From a virus: a stretch of DNA of 49,493 nt. The translations under genes and the position numbers were made by a program. Under the pieces are notes generated by a model, which was not told the origin of the DNA, searched no databases, and worked only from the letters and a program-made list of their open reading frames with translations. How positions within the stretch are numbered: the stretch's first letter is position 1; each line of letters begins with the position of its first letter. The stretch lies in IMG/VR virus record IMGVR_UViG_3300035102_000435. One strand, given 5' to 3'. Below, piece after piece: positions 36,889-45,408 of this stretch.

Positions 36889-37827
36889 TTGCCTGGCGAA
36901 TATCATCAGTTCTATGTCTATGAACCTAAGCAGCGGTTAGTTATGGCACTTCCTTTTGAGGATAGAGTGGTCCAGTGGGCTGTATATAGAAATTTAAATC
37001 CTATATTTGATAAAACTTTTTATGAACATAGCTGCGCCTGCCGGATTGGTAAAGGTACTCATTATGCAGCGGACCAGCTGCAGCACTGGATGAGAAAACT
37101 AGATAGAAGCCCAGGGGAAACTTATTATCTCAAAGCTGATGTTGCAAAATATTTTTACAGGATAGATCACAGAACTCTTTTCGAAATCATCAAAAGAAAG
37201 ATTAGCTGCAGAGATACTTTAGAGCTGATCTGGAAGATCATTAAAAAAGATGATGGTGAATTCGGAATACATCTCGGTGATCATTACTTTGAAAGAGATA
37301 AAATCAAAGGAATTGGAATCCCGATTGGTAACTTAACCAGTCAATTATTTGCTAATGTTTATCTCGACTTCATGGATAAATTTATAAAACATAATTTACG
37401 GGCTAAACACTACGTCAGATATATGGACGATTTTGTTATCCTGGGAAAATCAAAGAAAGAACTACATACAATCAGACAGGAGATAGAAATATTTCTTGCT
37501 GATTATTTAAAACTTGAACTTAACAACAAAACTACTGTTGATAATATCTGGAATGGAATAGATTTCTGCGGATATGTCACTTATCCACCATATAGAAAAT
37601 TGAGAAAAAGTACAAAAAGGAAACTCAAAAGACGGCTTAAATATCTTCAGAAAAAGTATTATAAAGAGGAGGTGGAGATCAATGAAATAAATGCCAGCGT
37701 TCAAAGTTATCTTGGAATATTAAAACATTGTGACAGCCATAATCTGACAATGTCGGTTATTGGCCAGTTAGAGGATGAAATACTTAATCAACTAGATTTA
37801 GAGGACGTTCGAGAACAAAGAAGTTGA
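36889..37827 (+). CDS. DGR reverse transcriptase (N-terminus likely extends upstream)
   Basis: YMDD catalytic motif (YVRYMDDFVILG) and the DGR-type IGNLTSQLFANVY motif; coordinates are from the first canonical start, but conserved N-terminal sequence continues in frame back to about 36700. Confidence 0.9.
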   Translation: MPGEYHQFYVYEPKQRLVMALPFEDRVVQWAVYRNLNPIFDKTFYEHSCACRIGKGTHYAADQLQHWMRKLDRSPGETYYLKADVAKYFYRIDHRTLFEIIKRKISCRDTLELIWKIIKKDDGEFGIHLGDHYFERDKIKGIGIPIGNLTSQLFANVYLDFMDKFIKHNLRAKHYVRYMDDFVILGKSKKELHTIRQEIEIFLADYLKLELNNKTTVDNIWNGIDFCGYVTYPPYRKLRKSTKRKLKRRLKYLQKKYYKEEVEINEINASVQSYLGILKHCDSHNLTMSVIGQLEDEILNQLDLEDVREQRS

Positions 37828-37890
37828 TGCGATATACAGATAAGCAAATACTTTTGCCTTGTAGCAGGGCTTGGTTTGAGGTGAAAACAC

Positions 37891-38352
37891 GTGAATGCAA
37901 AATGGAGACCATTTTTAGACGAAATAATTTATTACTGGAACAAATTTTTTGAGCATACAGTTATAAAAAGTTTTCTTGCGGTGGGGGGCACATTGCTGAC
38001 TATGATGTTTGGAGATATGAATGCAGCTATGCAGGGCTTTTTGATTTTGTTGGCAGCAGATTATATTACAGGAATTATAAAAGCAAGCAAAAAAGGTCAG
38101 CTATCAAGCTGGATGTCCCGTAAGGGGTGGGGGAAAATAGCGACTTATGCAATTGTAATATCGCTTGGCCACCTGGTAACTCAAATAGGGATGAAAGGAA
38201 TGAGAGATTTTGTTCTTCTCTGGGCCGGAGCAACTGAAGCTATATCTATTTTAGAAAACTGTGACGAGCTCGGTGTCGCTATTCCCGAGTTTATGCGAGA
38301 AAAACTTTTACGAACAAAAGAAAATAAATTTGGAGAGGAGATTAACCGATGA
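37891..38352 (+). CDS. Putative holin
   Basis: 153-aa membrane protein directly upstream of the amidase gene, with stop-start overlap. Confidence 0.55.
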   Translation: MNAKWRPFLDEIIYYWNKFFEHTVIKSFLAVGGTLLTMMFGDMNAAMQGFLILLAADYITGIIKASKKGQLSSWMSRKGWGKIATYAIVISLGHLVTQIGMKGMRDFVLLWAGATEAISILENCDELGVAIPEFMREKLLRTKENKFGEEINR

Positions 38353-38927
38353 AAATAACTGATGATGCAGGACATGGAGGTTCTGACCCTGGAGCTGTCG
38401 ACCCAAAAGAAGTTGAAAAAGAAGATGGTATTTATGAAGATGAAATTTACTCTGAAGAGAGCGATATAAATTTGAAAGCAGCTAAGATTTTTAAAGAAAT
38501 AGCTGAATTTAAAGGTCATGAAATTATTATGACCAGAAAAGAAGATAAGTATATCCCTTTGTATCAAAGAAGTGATTTAGCAAATAAAGAAAAAACAGAT
38601 ATATTTGTTTCTTTTCATTGCAATTCTGTGGGCTTTCCTACTGCTAAAGGAATAGAAACTCTATATTATCCAACTTCTAAAAACGGGAAAAAACTTGCTG
38701 AATGTATTCAAGATAATTTAATGAAAGTTGCGGATACACCAGATAGAGGAATAAAGTCCAGAGATAATTTACACGTCTTAGAAGAAACAGATATGCCGGC
38801 TGTTTTAATAGAACTTGGCTTTATTTCTAACCCTGCAGAGGAAAAACTCTTAAATGAAAAAGAATATTTATATCTTCTTTGTGAAGCAGTGTTAAATGGA
38901 GTTGATGATTATGCCAGAAACAGTTAA
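38349..38927 (+). CDS. N-acetylmuramoyl-L-alanine amidase (endolysin)
   Basis: 192 aa; motifs DAGHGG..DPGA, FVSFHCNS, AVLIELGFISN characteristic of Amidase_3-type cell-wall amidases. Confidence 0.8.
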   Translation: MKITDDAGHGGSDPGAVDPKEVEKEDGIYEDEIYSEESDINLKAAKIFKEIAEFKGHEIIMTRKEDKYIPLYQRSDLANKEKTDIFVSFHCNSVGFPTAKGIETLYYPTSKNGKKLAECIQDNLMKVADTPDRGIKSRDNLHVLEETDMPAVLIELGFISNPAEEKLLNEKEYLYLLCEAVLNGVDDYARNS

Positions 38928-39144
38928 TGAAGTCAATCTTAAAGAGGACTCAAACGATAACGGAATTCCCGACTGGGTAGAAGCTACAGCGACTTATCTT
39001 ATAGCTGCTATTTGTGTAGCTCTTGCTGTTTCTGGGTATGTTAAAAATAATTTAGACCCTGCATCTATAAGGTGGTTGATGAGTTTTGCTGCAGCTCTTT
39101 CCGGAGGTAGAGATTTGATTAAAGGTTTTGTAGGGGGACGATAA
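38896..39144 (+). CDS. Small membrane protein in the lysis cassette (start uncertain)
   Basis: 82-aa ORF with a central hydrophobic helix. Confidence 0.35.
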   Translation: MELMIMPETVNEVNLKEDSNDNGIPDWVEATATYLIAAICVALAVSGYVKNNLDPASIRWLMSFAAALSGGRDLIKGFVGGR

Positions 39145-39145
39145 A

Positions 39146-39556
39146 ATGCTAAAAACTAAGCATAAAATTATATTGATTGTTATTGCTGTAATTATAGCCC
39201 TGGCACTGCTGTTTTTTGTTGGCAAGGAAATAGCTGCAGGTTTTGCAGCTGTATTAGGTATATTTGGTTTTAGTGGTGGCAAAGCTCTTAAGAAAAAATC
39301 TGATGAAGTTAAGAAAAAAGCTGATCAGGAAAAAGAAGTGGCTAAAAAAGTAGAAAATAATATTGATGATCGGAATAAAAAAGATAAGCAGCTGCAGCGG
39401 GATGATCAGGAGAGAGCTGAAATTGCTGAAGAATTAGAAAATGAATCTGATGATAGAGAAAAAGAAATGCAAAAAATAAGAGATGATCAGGCAGCAAGAA
39501 AAGAAAAAGGTGAAAAATTAAATGCTCGACTAGAAGAATTAAAAGGGGATGATTAA
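39146..39556 (+). CDS. Membrane-anchored coiled-coil protein (spanin-like architecture)
   Basis: 136 aa; N-terminal transmembrane helix followed by a charged, coiled-coil-like region. Confidence 0.4.
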   Translation: MLKTKHKIILIVIAVIIALALLFFVGKEIAAGFAAVLGIFGFSGGKALKKKSDEVKKKADQEKEVAKKVENNIDDRNKKDKQLQRDDQERAEIAEELENESDDREKEMQKIRDDQAARKEKGEKLNARLEELKGDD

Positions 39557-40028
39557 AATTAAAAAACTGTTAATCATTATTATAGCCTTAGTTTTGATTT
39601 TCTTCCCGGGACAAATTAATGCTCAGGATCAATCTGATGTAAGTTACCAAAAACTATTGGAGCGCAACCAGGAGTTAACTGAAATTGCAGAAGAATATAA
39701 AAAAATGTGGGAAGAAGCTGAAAAACAATTAAATATAGCTGATGAATTATATTCTAAAGAAAAATCTGAAAAAGAAAAGTTTAAAATGCTATATGAAGAG
39801 GAAAGAGAAGATAAAAAAGAATATAGACAGTTATATCAAAGCAGTAATGAAGATCTAAAAAAAGTTTTAAAGTCTAATGAAAGATTACAATCTTATATTG
39901 ACAGTTTAAATGAAACTATTGACAAACATTTAGGAAAAAGTAATATATCTGTATCAACCGGAATCGGTATAAATGCAAAAAATCCAGATGAAAGTCTATT
40001 CATTGTAGGCTTTGAATTTGGGATTTAA
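39549..40028 (+). CDS. Secreted coiled-coil protein (spanin-like architecture)
   Basis: 159 aa; N-terminal signal-peptide-like segment ending ...AQ, coiled-coil body, C-terminal aromatic beta-strand FIVGFEFGI. Confidence 0.4.
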   Translation: MIKIKKLLIIIIALVLIFFPGQINAQDQSDVSYQKLLERNQELTEIAEEYKKMWEEAEKQLNIADELYSKEKSEKEKFKMLYEEEREDKKEYRQLYQSSNEDLKKVLKSNERLQSYIDSLNETIDKHLGKSNISVSTGIGINAKNPDESLFIVGFEFGI

Positions 40029-40057
40029 TATAAATAATTTTTGTAGCGGAGGTAAAC

Positions 40058-40288
40058 ATGAGATACCTTATGTTTTTATTGTTAATAATTTTAGATTTAA
40101 TTTTTAGCGCAGGAACTTCATATTTTATTTTAACTAGAAAAATGAAAAGAATTGATAAAAATTCAAGTTGCGGAACCGGGAGCATCGGAGAAGCAATTAT
40201 TGCTTGGGTAGTTGTTGTGGTTATTTTTATAATATTACTTGCTGTATATGGTTCATTATTGTATTGGATCATGTTTCTTTTACTTTAA
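40058..40288 (+). CDS. Hypothetical small membrane protein
   Basis: 76-aa ORF with two hydrophobic helices; RBS GGAGG. Confidence 0.35.
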   Translation: MRYLMFLLLIILDLIFSAGTSYFILTRKMKRIDKNSSCGTGSIGEAIIAWVVVVVIFIILLAVYGSLLYWIMFLLL

Positions 40289-40298
40289 AGGAGGTCTT

Positions 40299-40511
40299 AT
40301 GGCTATTCTAAAAGTTTTACTTATTATAATAATTTCAATTATAATTTCCGGATTGCAAAGTTATTCAGTTTATAAATGGCTATTAAGTGGAAATCACAAA
40401 GAACCATTTAATCCATTTGTGCCCCAGGAAAACTCTTTAATAGGCGCTGCAGTTGCCGGAATTATCTTTGCATCTGTAAATACAACTATATTACATTGGA
40501 TTATATTCTAA
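40299..40511 (+). CDS. Hypothetical small membrane protein
   Basis: ORF in track from 40239; ATG at 40299 preceded by AAGGAGG; about 70 aa, hydrophobic. Confidence 0.35.
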   Translation: MAILKVLLIIIISIIISGLQSYSVYKWLLSGNHKEPFNPFVPQENSLIGAAVAGIIFASVNTTILHWIIF

Positions 40512-40518
40512 TTATTAA

Positions 40519-40552
40519 CCTCTGGGGCTTTAAGCCCTGGGGGTATTTTTTT
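40519..40552 (+). terminator. Rho-independent terminator candidate
   Basis: GC-rich stem (CCTCTGGGGC / GCCCTGGGGG, with G-U pairs) and loop TTTAA, followed by TATTTTTTTA. Confidence 0.5.
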
Positions 40553-40591
40553 ATGCAAAAAAACTTTTTTAAAAAATATTGATAAAAACCC

Positions 40592-40620
40592 TTGACAAAA
40601 CACATGCATGCATGTATAAT
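40592..40620 (+). promoter_or_regulatory. Consensus sigma-70-type promoter
   Basis: TTGACA (40592..40597), 17-nt spacer containing CATGCATGCATG, TATAAT (40615..40620); sits about 30 nt upstream of the 40653 ORF. Confidence 0.6.
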
Positions 40621-40652
40621 AAAGATACAAGATAAGGAAAGGGGTAAAACAA

Positions 40653-41342
40653 ATGGCTAGACAAATTTGTGTTTACGTTAGTGATTGGCAGTTTGAGAAA
40701 TTAAAAAAAGAAGATAACAAGTCAGAGGTTGCAAGAAAGGCATTTGATTTATATTATAAAAAGGAGGGAAAAGAAATGAAAATTATTGAAATTGTAGAAT
40801 TAACAAAAAGTGGTGTAAAAGTTAGCGATCAGGACAATCCAATGGCGGTTAGATATTTTAATGACAATGGAAATTTACCAGATGGAAATTTTGACGAAAA
40901 CCAAATAGCTGGCGAATGGGTGCATCTTGAAGGACAACACGCAAATTTTGAAATTTATGCTTATAGATCTATAGACAATAGTACACTCGTTCCAGCTGAT
41001 ATTTTCAAAGAAAAATTAATTAGTCAAATTGCAGGCGCCAGAATTACATTAACTAAAGCTGAATTAGAAGAAAAAGCAGAAATTAATGAAGTTTGGGAAG
41101 AAATAGCGACCGAAAGCATCCAGGCCACAAAAGAAAAAACTTTTTCAAAAGATGGTTGGAGAGATATCGAATTAACTGATGATTATCTATATCAGCTAGA
41201 ATTTGATGAGGGTGGCATAAGATATTATGAAGGTACAGAAGAAAGATATTTAGAGGAACCGGTCGGTGAAGAAGGATGGGATGAACCACAATGGTCTCCT
41301 AAAGAAATTAAAATGCTAATAGATGGGCTTGAAAATGAATAA
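40653..41342 (+). CDS. Hypothetical protein with N-terminal ribbon-helix-helix-like segment fused to an acidic domain
   Basis: 229-aa ORF; the N-terminal ~40 aa look CopG/Arc-like; an in-frame ATG at about 40775 with its own AAGGAGGG could give a separate product. Confidence 0.45.
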   Translation: MARQICVYVSDWQFEKLKKEDNKSEVARKAFDLYYKKEGKEMKIIEIVELTKSGVKVSDQDNPMAVRYFNDNGNLPDGNFDENQIAGEWVHLEGQHANFEIYAYRSIDNSTLVPADIFKEKLISQIAGARITLTKAELEEKAEINEVWEEIATESIQATKEKTFSKDGWRDIELTDDYLYQLEFDEGGIRYYEGTEERYLEEPVGEEGWDEPQWSPKEIKMLIDGLENE

Positions 41343-41916
41343 ATTAATTATACCTGGTCGTATTCTAGGAATATTCTGGACTACGGCCAGCTGGTCCTCT
41401 ACAGAAAAATCTATTCAAATAACTAATAAGGACTATGAAATTGTTAAAAAAGTGCAAAGTTATCTTTCTGAAATTAATTTTGAATATACTATATACCAAG
41501 GACCAACAGAAAATAAGCGCCCAGGTTATGAATATGATTATTACAGAATGAAAATATACAATAGTGATTTCATTGACCTGTTAAGAAATGAGTACAACTG
41601 GCGAGGGAGGAGAGAAAAAAAGAGATATTACCCTAATTTCGATTCTTATCAGCAGGTAGTTGAATTTTTGAGATATTATATTAATTCTCAGCACACTTCT
41701 GCTGAAATATCAGTTAATTGGGGCGACGGAAAGCATAAGCGATTAAAGGTATTTGTTAACAAAAATTTTGCAGATATTCTAAATGAAAGAATAAGCGATA
41801 TTGTAGGGGTTAATGAAAACAAAATATACAAACATTCTCAATCAGATGTATTAATGTATCTTTTTTATCAAAGCAAAAAAGATGTAGAATTAATATTAGA
41901 TTTTATAAATAAATAG
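41323..41916 (+). CDS. Hypothetical protein
   Basis: 197-aa ORF, Tyr/Arg-rich. Confidence 0.45.
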   Translation: MGLKMNKLIIPGRILGIFWTTASWSSTEKSIQITNKDYEIVKKVQSYLSEINFEYTIYQGPTENKRPGYEYDYYRMKIYNSDFIDLLRNEYNWRGRREKKRYYPNFDSYQQVVEFLRYYINSQHTSAEISVNWGDGKHKRLKVFVNKNFADILNERISDIVGVNENKIYKHSQSDVLMYLFYQSKKDVELILDFINK

Positions 41917-41978
41917 AGGTTAATTTTAATTTATATGCAACTATATAAATAATAACAATAATAGAGGAGTGTTTAATT

Positions 41979-42626
41979 ATGATCAAGAAAATAATTTTAG
42001 TTTTTATTGGTATAATTATAATTGGCTTCGCAACTGGAATATTAACGGTTGATTCAGGAGAAAACGAAAAGGATAAAATACAACCGGCCACTGCAGAAAG
42101 CAACCAGAGTTCTCAAGAATTAAACTATACTATAATTGATGATGAACTAAATTTATATGATGATGTTTTTAGATACAATTATCATGTAGTTGTAGAAGGA
42201 GAACCAGGAGTGAAAGAATTAAAAAATATTGCTCAAAAAGTAACTGAAAAAGCTAAAAATGATAAAGAATTTAATGCTTTAAGAATTTCTTTTTATGATC
42301 GAAAAGAGTACGTTGGCCATGGAATAACTTTGGGAAATGCTACATTTGCTTTAAATGGAGACTGGGGAGAAGCTCAAAATGTTGTTAGCGGAGATTATGA
42401 TGTAATGGAATTTAAATATAATTTATTAGAAAAAAATTGGAATAAAAAACTTACTGATCAAGAGGTTGAAATTTGGTCTTACTATAAAAAATATAGTGAA
42501 TCAACTAATCAAAGTCAAGATGAAATTTTCGAAACAGCTGCTAAAAAGTTCAGTATTACTGCTGCAGAAGTAAAAGATATTGTTTTTAAAAAAGTATTTT
42601 GGAATGGAAATAATAAAACAAAATAG
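41979..42626 (+). CDS. Hypothetical membrane-anchored protein
   Basis: 215 aa with an N-terminal transmembrane/signal anchor; last gene before the convergent integrase. Confidence 0.45.
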   Translation: MIKKIILVFIGIIIIGFATGILTVDSGENEKDKIQPATAESNQSSQELNYTIIDDELNLYDDVFRYNYHVVVEGEPGVKELKNIAQKVTEKAKNDKEFNALRISFYDRKEYVGHGITLGNATFALNGDWGEAQNVVSGDYDVMEFKYNLLEKNWNKKLTDQEVEIWSYYKKYSESTNQSQDEIFETAAKKFSITAAEVKDIVFKKVFWNGNNKTK

Positions 42627-42647
42627 GTTCTTAGATTCAGGCCATAA

Positions 42648-44189
42648 CTATGGTCTGTAATCTTCAATATTAATTGTGGATTCAAAACGGTACGCCCCAC
42701 CTCCACCATCAACATCCACAATATAATCTATGGTTATATTGTTTTCATATACGGTGACTTTTTTAACGAAAGTTTTGACGATCCTTCGCTGATCTTCAAG
42801 GCTTTCGTTTTTAATATTTCTATACTTCATTAATTCTTGAACAATTCTTTCTTTTGATGGAGAATTATTCTCGGCTTGAAACCTTGCTTCCTCAAGGTAC
42901 ATTTCATAATCTGCTTTTTCATTTTCAAGAGAGTTTAATTTTTCATTCATTGAAGGCTGATATAAACCTTCTGCTACTGCTTCAGTAATGTTATCAATTT
43001 TTTTCTGAACTTCTTTTAAATGTTTTTCAAATCTTTTAATGTCAGAATTTATTTCTTTATTTTCAGTTTTAGCAAATTTGTATACCTTGGCAGCTATATT
43101 TTTGATTGCAGCAGGCGAAAATAATTCTTCTATCATATTATCTAAAACTGCACCTTCTACAAAATCTTTACTTATTGAAGGCATGTCACAATCTCTTTTT
43201 CTCTTTCTGGTAGAACATTCATAAGAAGTGTAGACAGTTTTATTTTTTCCAGCAATTCTTCTATTTCCAACCATTGCTCCCTCGCATTTTCCACACTTAA
43301 TTAAACCGGCAAGAATATAGATTTCTTTAGCTTTATTATTAACAGACTTTTTATTACCTTCCATTCTTTTTTTCACCTTCCTCCAGGTATGATCATCAAT
43401 TATTCTTGGCATTCCACCTTCAATTCTAATAATTTTCTTTTTATCTTTTGACTTATGGTGATTTCTCTTTCCAGCCTTTTTACTTACAGATCTGTTAAAA
43501 ATATAAACGCCCCGATACTTTTCATTAATCAAAATATCATGTAAACTAGGCCTGCTAAAATTACCACCAGTCTGAGTCTTGAAACCCCTCTTTTTAAGCT
43601 CGTCAATTATTTCTGAATAACCATGGCCATCGGCATACATTTCAAAAATTAACTTCACACTTTTAGCCTGCTCTTCATTGATAATGTAAGTCTTATCTTC
43701 TGCAACATCGAACCCAAGGGGTGCTAAACCTCCATTATGTTTGCAATTTAAAGCGTTCTCTTTCATTCCTTTTTTAACTTCTCTGCGTAAATTAGCAGAA
43801 TAATATTCATTATACCCTTCCAATACAGATTCTAATATTATAGATTCAGGACTACCATCCAAATTTTCTAATGCAGAAATAACTTCGACACCATTCTCTC
43901 TTAATTTTCTTTTATATACAGCGGAATCATATCTATTTCTAGCAAAACGATCTAGTTTATGAACAATCACAAAATCAAACAAATCTTTTTTACTGTCGCT
44001 GACCATGTCTAAAAAAGCTGGGCGATCAGAAGTTGTAGCTGATTTCGCTTTATCAGTATAAATTTTATTTATTTTTATATTATTTTTGGCTGCGTACTCC
44101 TTAATTTCTCTAACCTGAGCATCTATTGATTCTTCTCTTTGGTTACTGGAGCTAAAACGTGCATAAATTGCAGCTGTTGGCTTACTCAT
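42648..44189 (-). CDS. Large serine recombinase (integrase)
   Basis: 513 aa; N-terminal resolvase-type catalytic region (AAIYARFSSSNQ with the catalytic Ser), recombinase domain, Cys-rich zinc ribbon and coiled-coil C-terminus; RBS AGGAGG. Confidence 0.9.
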   Translation of the reverse strand: MSKPTAAIYARFSSSNQREESIDAQVREIKEYAAKNNIKINKIYTDKAKSATTSDRPAFLDMVSDSKKDLFDFVIVHKLDRFARNRYDSAVYKRKLRENGVEVISALENLDGSPESIILESVLEGYNEYYSANLRREVKKGMKENALNCKHNGGLAPLGFDVAEDKTYIINEEQAKSVKLIFEMYADGHGYSEIIDELKKRGFKTQTGGNFSRPSLHDILINEKYRGVYIFNRSVSKKAGKRNHHKSKDKKKIIRIEGGMPRIIDDHTWRKVKKRMEGNKKSVNNKAKEIYILAGLIKCGKCEGAMVGNRRIAGKNKTVYTSYECSTRKRKRDCDMPSISKDFVEGAVLDNMIEELFSPAAIKNIAAKVYKFAKTENKEINSDIKRFEKHLKEVQKKIDNITEAVAEGLYQPSMNEKLNSLENEKADYEMYLEEARFQAENNSPSKERIVQELMKYRNIKNESLEDQRRIVKTFVKKVTVYENNITIDYIVDVDGGGGAYRFESTINIEDYRP

Positions 44190-44205
44190 GTTTATCCTCC
44201 TAAGT

Positions 44206-44877
44206 TTATAACTTATGCATAACTTCTATAGCTTTACCAATAATTCTAGCCTGATCATTTTTTATAATGATATTTTCATAATTAGGATTCTCAGGTTGCA
44301 AAACCCATGAACCGTTAGTTTTTATTACTCTTTTTAAAGTTGCTTCATCAGAATTAACCATTACTACTGCTATCTCATTATTTTCAACTGTACTCTGACG
44401 TCTGATCAAAACAAGATCCCCCTCGTTAATACCTGCATTTATCATACTGTCACCTTTGACTTTAAGAAAGAAATATTGACCATTTGAAACCCTATCAGCT
44501 GGTACTTTTTTGTAGAATAAAATATTTTGTTCAGCCAAAACTGGCTGCCCTGCAGAAATTGTTCCGATAACCGGAATAGATTCGACTTCTTTTTTTATGA
44601 TGTCATCATAATTATATTTAGATTTTGTTTCTTTTAACTCATTAACTTTTCCAGATATGTAACCCGCTTTAATCATCAGAATGCCATCCGCAATATTTAA
44701 AGCTTGCTCTAATTTTTTGATAATTTGTGGAGATGGAGGGTTTTTAGTTTTGCCATTTAATATTCTAGAAATGTAAGAGTGATCTATATCAGCCTGTCTT
44801 CCCAACTCTCTGATAGAACTTATTGCCGAATCATCAATTTCTTTTTGAAGAGTTTCTCTAAAATCTTTTATACTCAT
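44206..44877 (-). CDS. CI-like repressor (HTH plus S24 LexA-type peptidase domain)
   Basis: 223 aa; N-terminal HTH and C-terminal S24 motifs (GDSM...KRV); divergent from a Cro-like gene. Confidence 0.85.
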   Translation of the reverse strand: MSIKDFRETLQKEIDDSAISSIRELGRQADIDHSYISRILNGKTKNPPSPQIIKKLEQALNIADGILMIKAGYISGKVNELKETKSKYNYDDIIKKEVESIPVIGTISAGQPVLAEQNILFYKKVPADRVSNGQYFFLKVKGDSMINAGINEGDLVLIRRQSTVENNEIAVVMVNSDEATLKRVIKTNGSWVLQPENPNYENIIIKNDQARIIGKAIEVMHKL

Positions 44878-44902
44878 TTTTTTATTCCTTTCTTTAATAT
44901 GA

Positions 44903-44972
44903 TATGTTAATTATAATATATATGTTGACTATTTGCAACTTAAAATATAAATAAATTAAATTTTATGTTGAC
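44903..44972. promoter_or_regulatory. Candidate operator repeats (TATGTTGAC-like) in the genetic switch region
   Basis: TATGTTGAC at 44921..44929 and 44964..44972, plus a partial copy TATGTTA at 44903; each overlaps a TTGAC -35-like hexamer. Confidence 0.4.
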
Positions 44973-44996
44973 AAAAAACCACAAGTGATATATAAT
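44968..44996 (+). promoter_or_regulatory. Rightward early promoter (PR-like)
   Basis: TTGACA (44968..44973), 17-nt spacer, TATAAT (44991..44996), about 30 nt upstream of the Cro-like gene. Confidence 0.55.
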
Positions 44997-45029
44997 CTAT
45001 TTAAGATAAATGATTAAAGGAGGTGTGAA

Positions 45030-45272
45030 GTGGTGAAAGAAATTGTTTTAAATCGTGAACTTGTTGAAAAATATATGGAAGAAACAGATCGCTCGATACC
45101 AGAACTTGCTGATGAGATGGGAATTGATAGGACCTACCTTTATAAGATATTAAGGAAAGGCAGAAAACCAGGCAGAAAATTCATTGAAGGAGCCGTAAGA
45201 GTTCTTCCTTATAGTTATGAAAATATTTTTTTAACTAAAGTGGTGCATAAAAACAACAAAAGTGGTGATTAA
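45030..45272 (+). CDS. Cro-like HTH regulator
   Basis: 80-aa ORF divergent from the repressor; HTH-like SIPELADEMGIDRTYLYKILR; RBS AAGGAGG. Confidence 0.5.
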   Translation: MVKEIVLNRELVEKYMEETDRSIPELADEMGIDRTYLYKILRKGRKPGRKFIEGAVRVLPYSYENIFLTKVVHKNNKSGD

Positions 45273-45276
45273 ATTA

Positions 45277-45408
45277 ATGAAAGTTTTTCAAGACAATAAA
45301 AAAATAATTCTAACTAATGACGAAAATGAAATTCTTACTAAATTAAGCACTGATGAAGCAAAACAATTGGTTGAAAAATTAGTTACTGCTATAGAGGAGG
45401 AAAAGTAA
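45277..45408 (+). CDS. Hypothetical small protein
   Basis: 43-aa ORF translated by hand. Confidence 0.3.
   Translation: MKVFQDNKKIILTNDENEILTKLSTDEAKQLVEKLVTAIEEEK

Noticed and set aside
36889-37827. Reverse transcriptase as a retron or group II intron RT
   Set aside because: There are no intron RNA domains or maturase/endonuclease extension, and the adjacent VR/TR pair with adenine-specific differences plus an Avd-like gene identify it as a DGR RT.
41323-41916. 197-aa cargo protein as a LAGLIDADG homing endonuclease
   Set aside because: The N-terminal stretch (IPGRILGIFW) only loosely resembles the motif and there is no second motif copy or intron/intein context; left as hypothetical.
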